Source of the DNA: an uncultured bacterium
GTDB lineage: Bacteria > Chlamydiota > Chlamydiia > Chlamydiales > SM23-39
Direction of reading: 5' to 3'
Assembly: GCA_964630875.1 (NCBI GenBank)
Contig: CAZVXF010000008.1
Location: 1-58,618, forward strand
DNA length: 58,618 nt
The notes beneath the pieces are model-generated. The model saw only the letters and a program-made list of their open reading frames with translations, had not been told where the DNA came from and did not search any database. A program made the translations under genes and the position numbers. Shown in pieces: positions 58,291 through 58,618 of the stretch (position 1 is its first letter; each line of letters begins with the position of its first letter).

Positions 58291-58507
58291 CCGGATCAAA
58301 AACGGCTCAATTCGTCCGATTGATTGCCGGTGACCGGACTCCTTTCTGGCGAAACGAGACGAGACGGCTCGTCCTCGTCCAGAAAGCCGGCTACGGGCTG
58401 GCGCCCTTCGCTTCTCGTCCTAAAAAAGCTTCGCTTTTTTTCACCGGCAAAAACAAAGAGAAAAAGCCGGGAGGCTTTTTCTCTTTGTTTTTGCAGGCAA
58501 TCGGACG
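58291..58507. repeat. Array repeat R5 (most complete; tRNA-like fold on the minus strand)
   Basis: GCCGGTGA/TCACCGGC stem, CCGG/CCGG stem, internal hairpins, and outer CGTCCGATTG/CAATCGGACG inverted repeat. Confidence 0.88.
58447..58494. terminator. Perfect 22-bp hairpin (terminator-like)
   Basis: GCAAAAACAAAGAGAAAAAGCC-ggga-GGCTTTTTCTCTTTGTTTTTGC. Confidence 0.6.
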
Positions 58508-58517
58508 TAATCAGAAC

Positions 58518-58618
58518 GTGCGACACGAGGTCGCTGGAGGGAATTGTCTCTATCATGGGACCGCTCCTACTGCGGAGTGAATCTAGGGCCCTGAATAAAG
58601 CAGCGGGCCCGACAATAT
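58518..58618 (+). mobile_element. Possible 5' end of a group II intron (truncated by the window)
   Basis: GTGCGACACGAGGTCGC start followed by GC-rich hairpins (ATTGTC...GACAAT, GGGCCC...GGGCCC). Confidence 0.4.

Noticed and set aside
58325-58448. Functional tRNA gene
   Set aside because: No anticodon arm or D-loop GG, and the T-loop is interrupted.
53037-58507. CRISPR array
   Set aside because: Repeats are long and degenerate, spacers are kilobase genes, and no cas genes are present.
55840-58580. Short ORFs sharing RTPFWR or EMNSK.. peptides (54814, 55840, 57352, 58284)
   Set aside because: These are translations of the DNA repeats, not protein paralogues.

Overview
AT-rich bacterial chromosome segment from an environmental member of the phylum Chlamydiota. 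Evidence: chlamydial gene order and families (ileS-lepB, PhoH/CT016/CT017-like trio, CT053-like-hemW, class Ic nrdAB, M16 peptidase-htrA, yicC-gmk-rpoZ-metG). Bases 1-46000 are mostly core genes plus tmRNA, with two toxin-antitoxin-like modules and a few orphan genes. Bases ~46000-58618 are accessory: GNAT, TPR and patatin genes, then a glycosyltransferase/radical SAM/WG-repeat-methyltransferase operon. Most notable is an array (53037-58507) in which five co-oriented copies of a structured repeat containing a tRNA-Leu-like 3' end alternate with single cargo genes, two of them cysteine-protease effector-like. A second, ERIC-like ~164-bp palindromic MITE family has five copies. One appears to have replaced the start of hemW and one sits in frame inside another gene. 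A possible group II intron 5' end lies at the right edge. No integrase, transposase, rRNA, intact tRNA or CRISPR array was seen. All family assignments come from motif recognition, not database searches.
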